Shown here: positions 63,918-64,000 of the stretch, one piece after another
How the letters are laid out: each line of letters opens with the position of its first letter
Numbering within the stretch: position 1 is the stretch's first letter
Source of the DNA: Bacteroidota bacterium
GTDB taxonomy: Bacteria > Bacteroidota > Bacteroidia > Bacteroidales > CAIWKO01
Length of the DNA: 64,000 nt
Direction of reading: 5' to 3'
Assembly (NCBI GenBank): GCA_037128515.1
Contig: JBAXWF010000007.1
Span: forward strand, 5,021 to 69,020
Program-made: the position numbers and the translations under genes
Notes under the pieces: model-generated
Seen by the model: only the letters and a program-made list of their open reading frames with translations
What the model was told of the DNA's origin: nothing
Databases searched by the model: none

Positions 63918-64000
63918 TTTTTTATGTATTCCAGAAGCAATAGGCATATTATGAATTCTTGAAAAAAGAATCTACGAACTCAATTCGGTTAAAAATTTGC

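Overview
This is a 64-kb chromosomal segment that looks like Bacteroidota. The evidence is T9SS type A and type B C-terminal sorting domains, a PorP/SprF gene, many TAnnTTTG -7 promoter boxes close to start codons, and mostly SD-less starts. I call about 50 protein genes. Housekeeping genes include uvrA, rimO, nth, a stand-alone EF-G, rlmB, aroQ, pcm, asnB, a DEAD-box helicase, tRNA-His and an ECF sigma factor. There are also two visibly AT-rich glycan loci. The first (2.9-6.2 kb) encodes GT4, a flippase and a methyltransferase. The second (33-42 kb) encodes two sulfotransferases and a flippase, opposite a B12-radical SAM / ACP / KAS III / SDR / GT2 / GNAT block. A TPP riboswitch sits in front of a TonB-dependent receptor. 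Large secreted proteins include CotH-LTD and a BNR protein. The best-supported genic finding is a compact hpdB-hpdC-hpdA-type glycyl radical 4-hydroxyphenylacetate decarboxylase operon (15.9-19.8 kb). Its catalytic and substrate residues line up at a constant offset with the characterised enzyme as I remember it. The most unusual non-genic signal is a family of intergenic tandem arrays with 7n periodicity. Four arrays have a 21-bp period and one a 22-bp period, their unit sequences are unrelated, and several 7-bp microsatellites carry one stop codon per unit. These arrays fill several intergenic spaces completely and create long spurious ORFs on both strands. Gene decay is visible in an AAA+ gene lacking its P-loop core, a frameshifted ywbE-like gene and an IS110 remnant. 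All calls come from reading the sequence and translations by eye. No database search, GC calculation or folding program was run.
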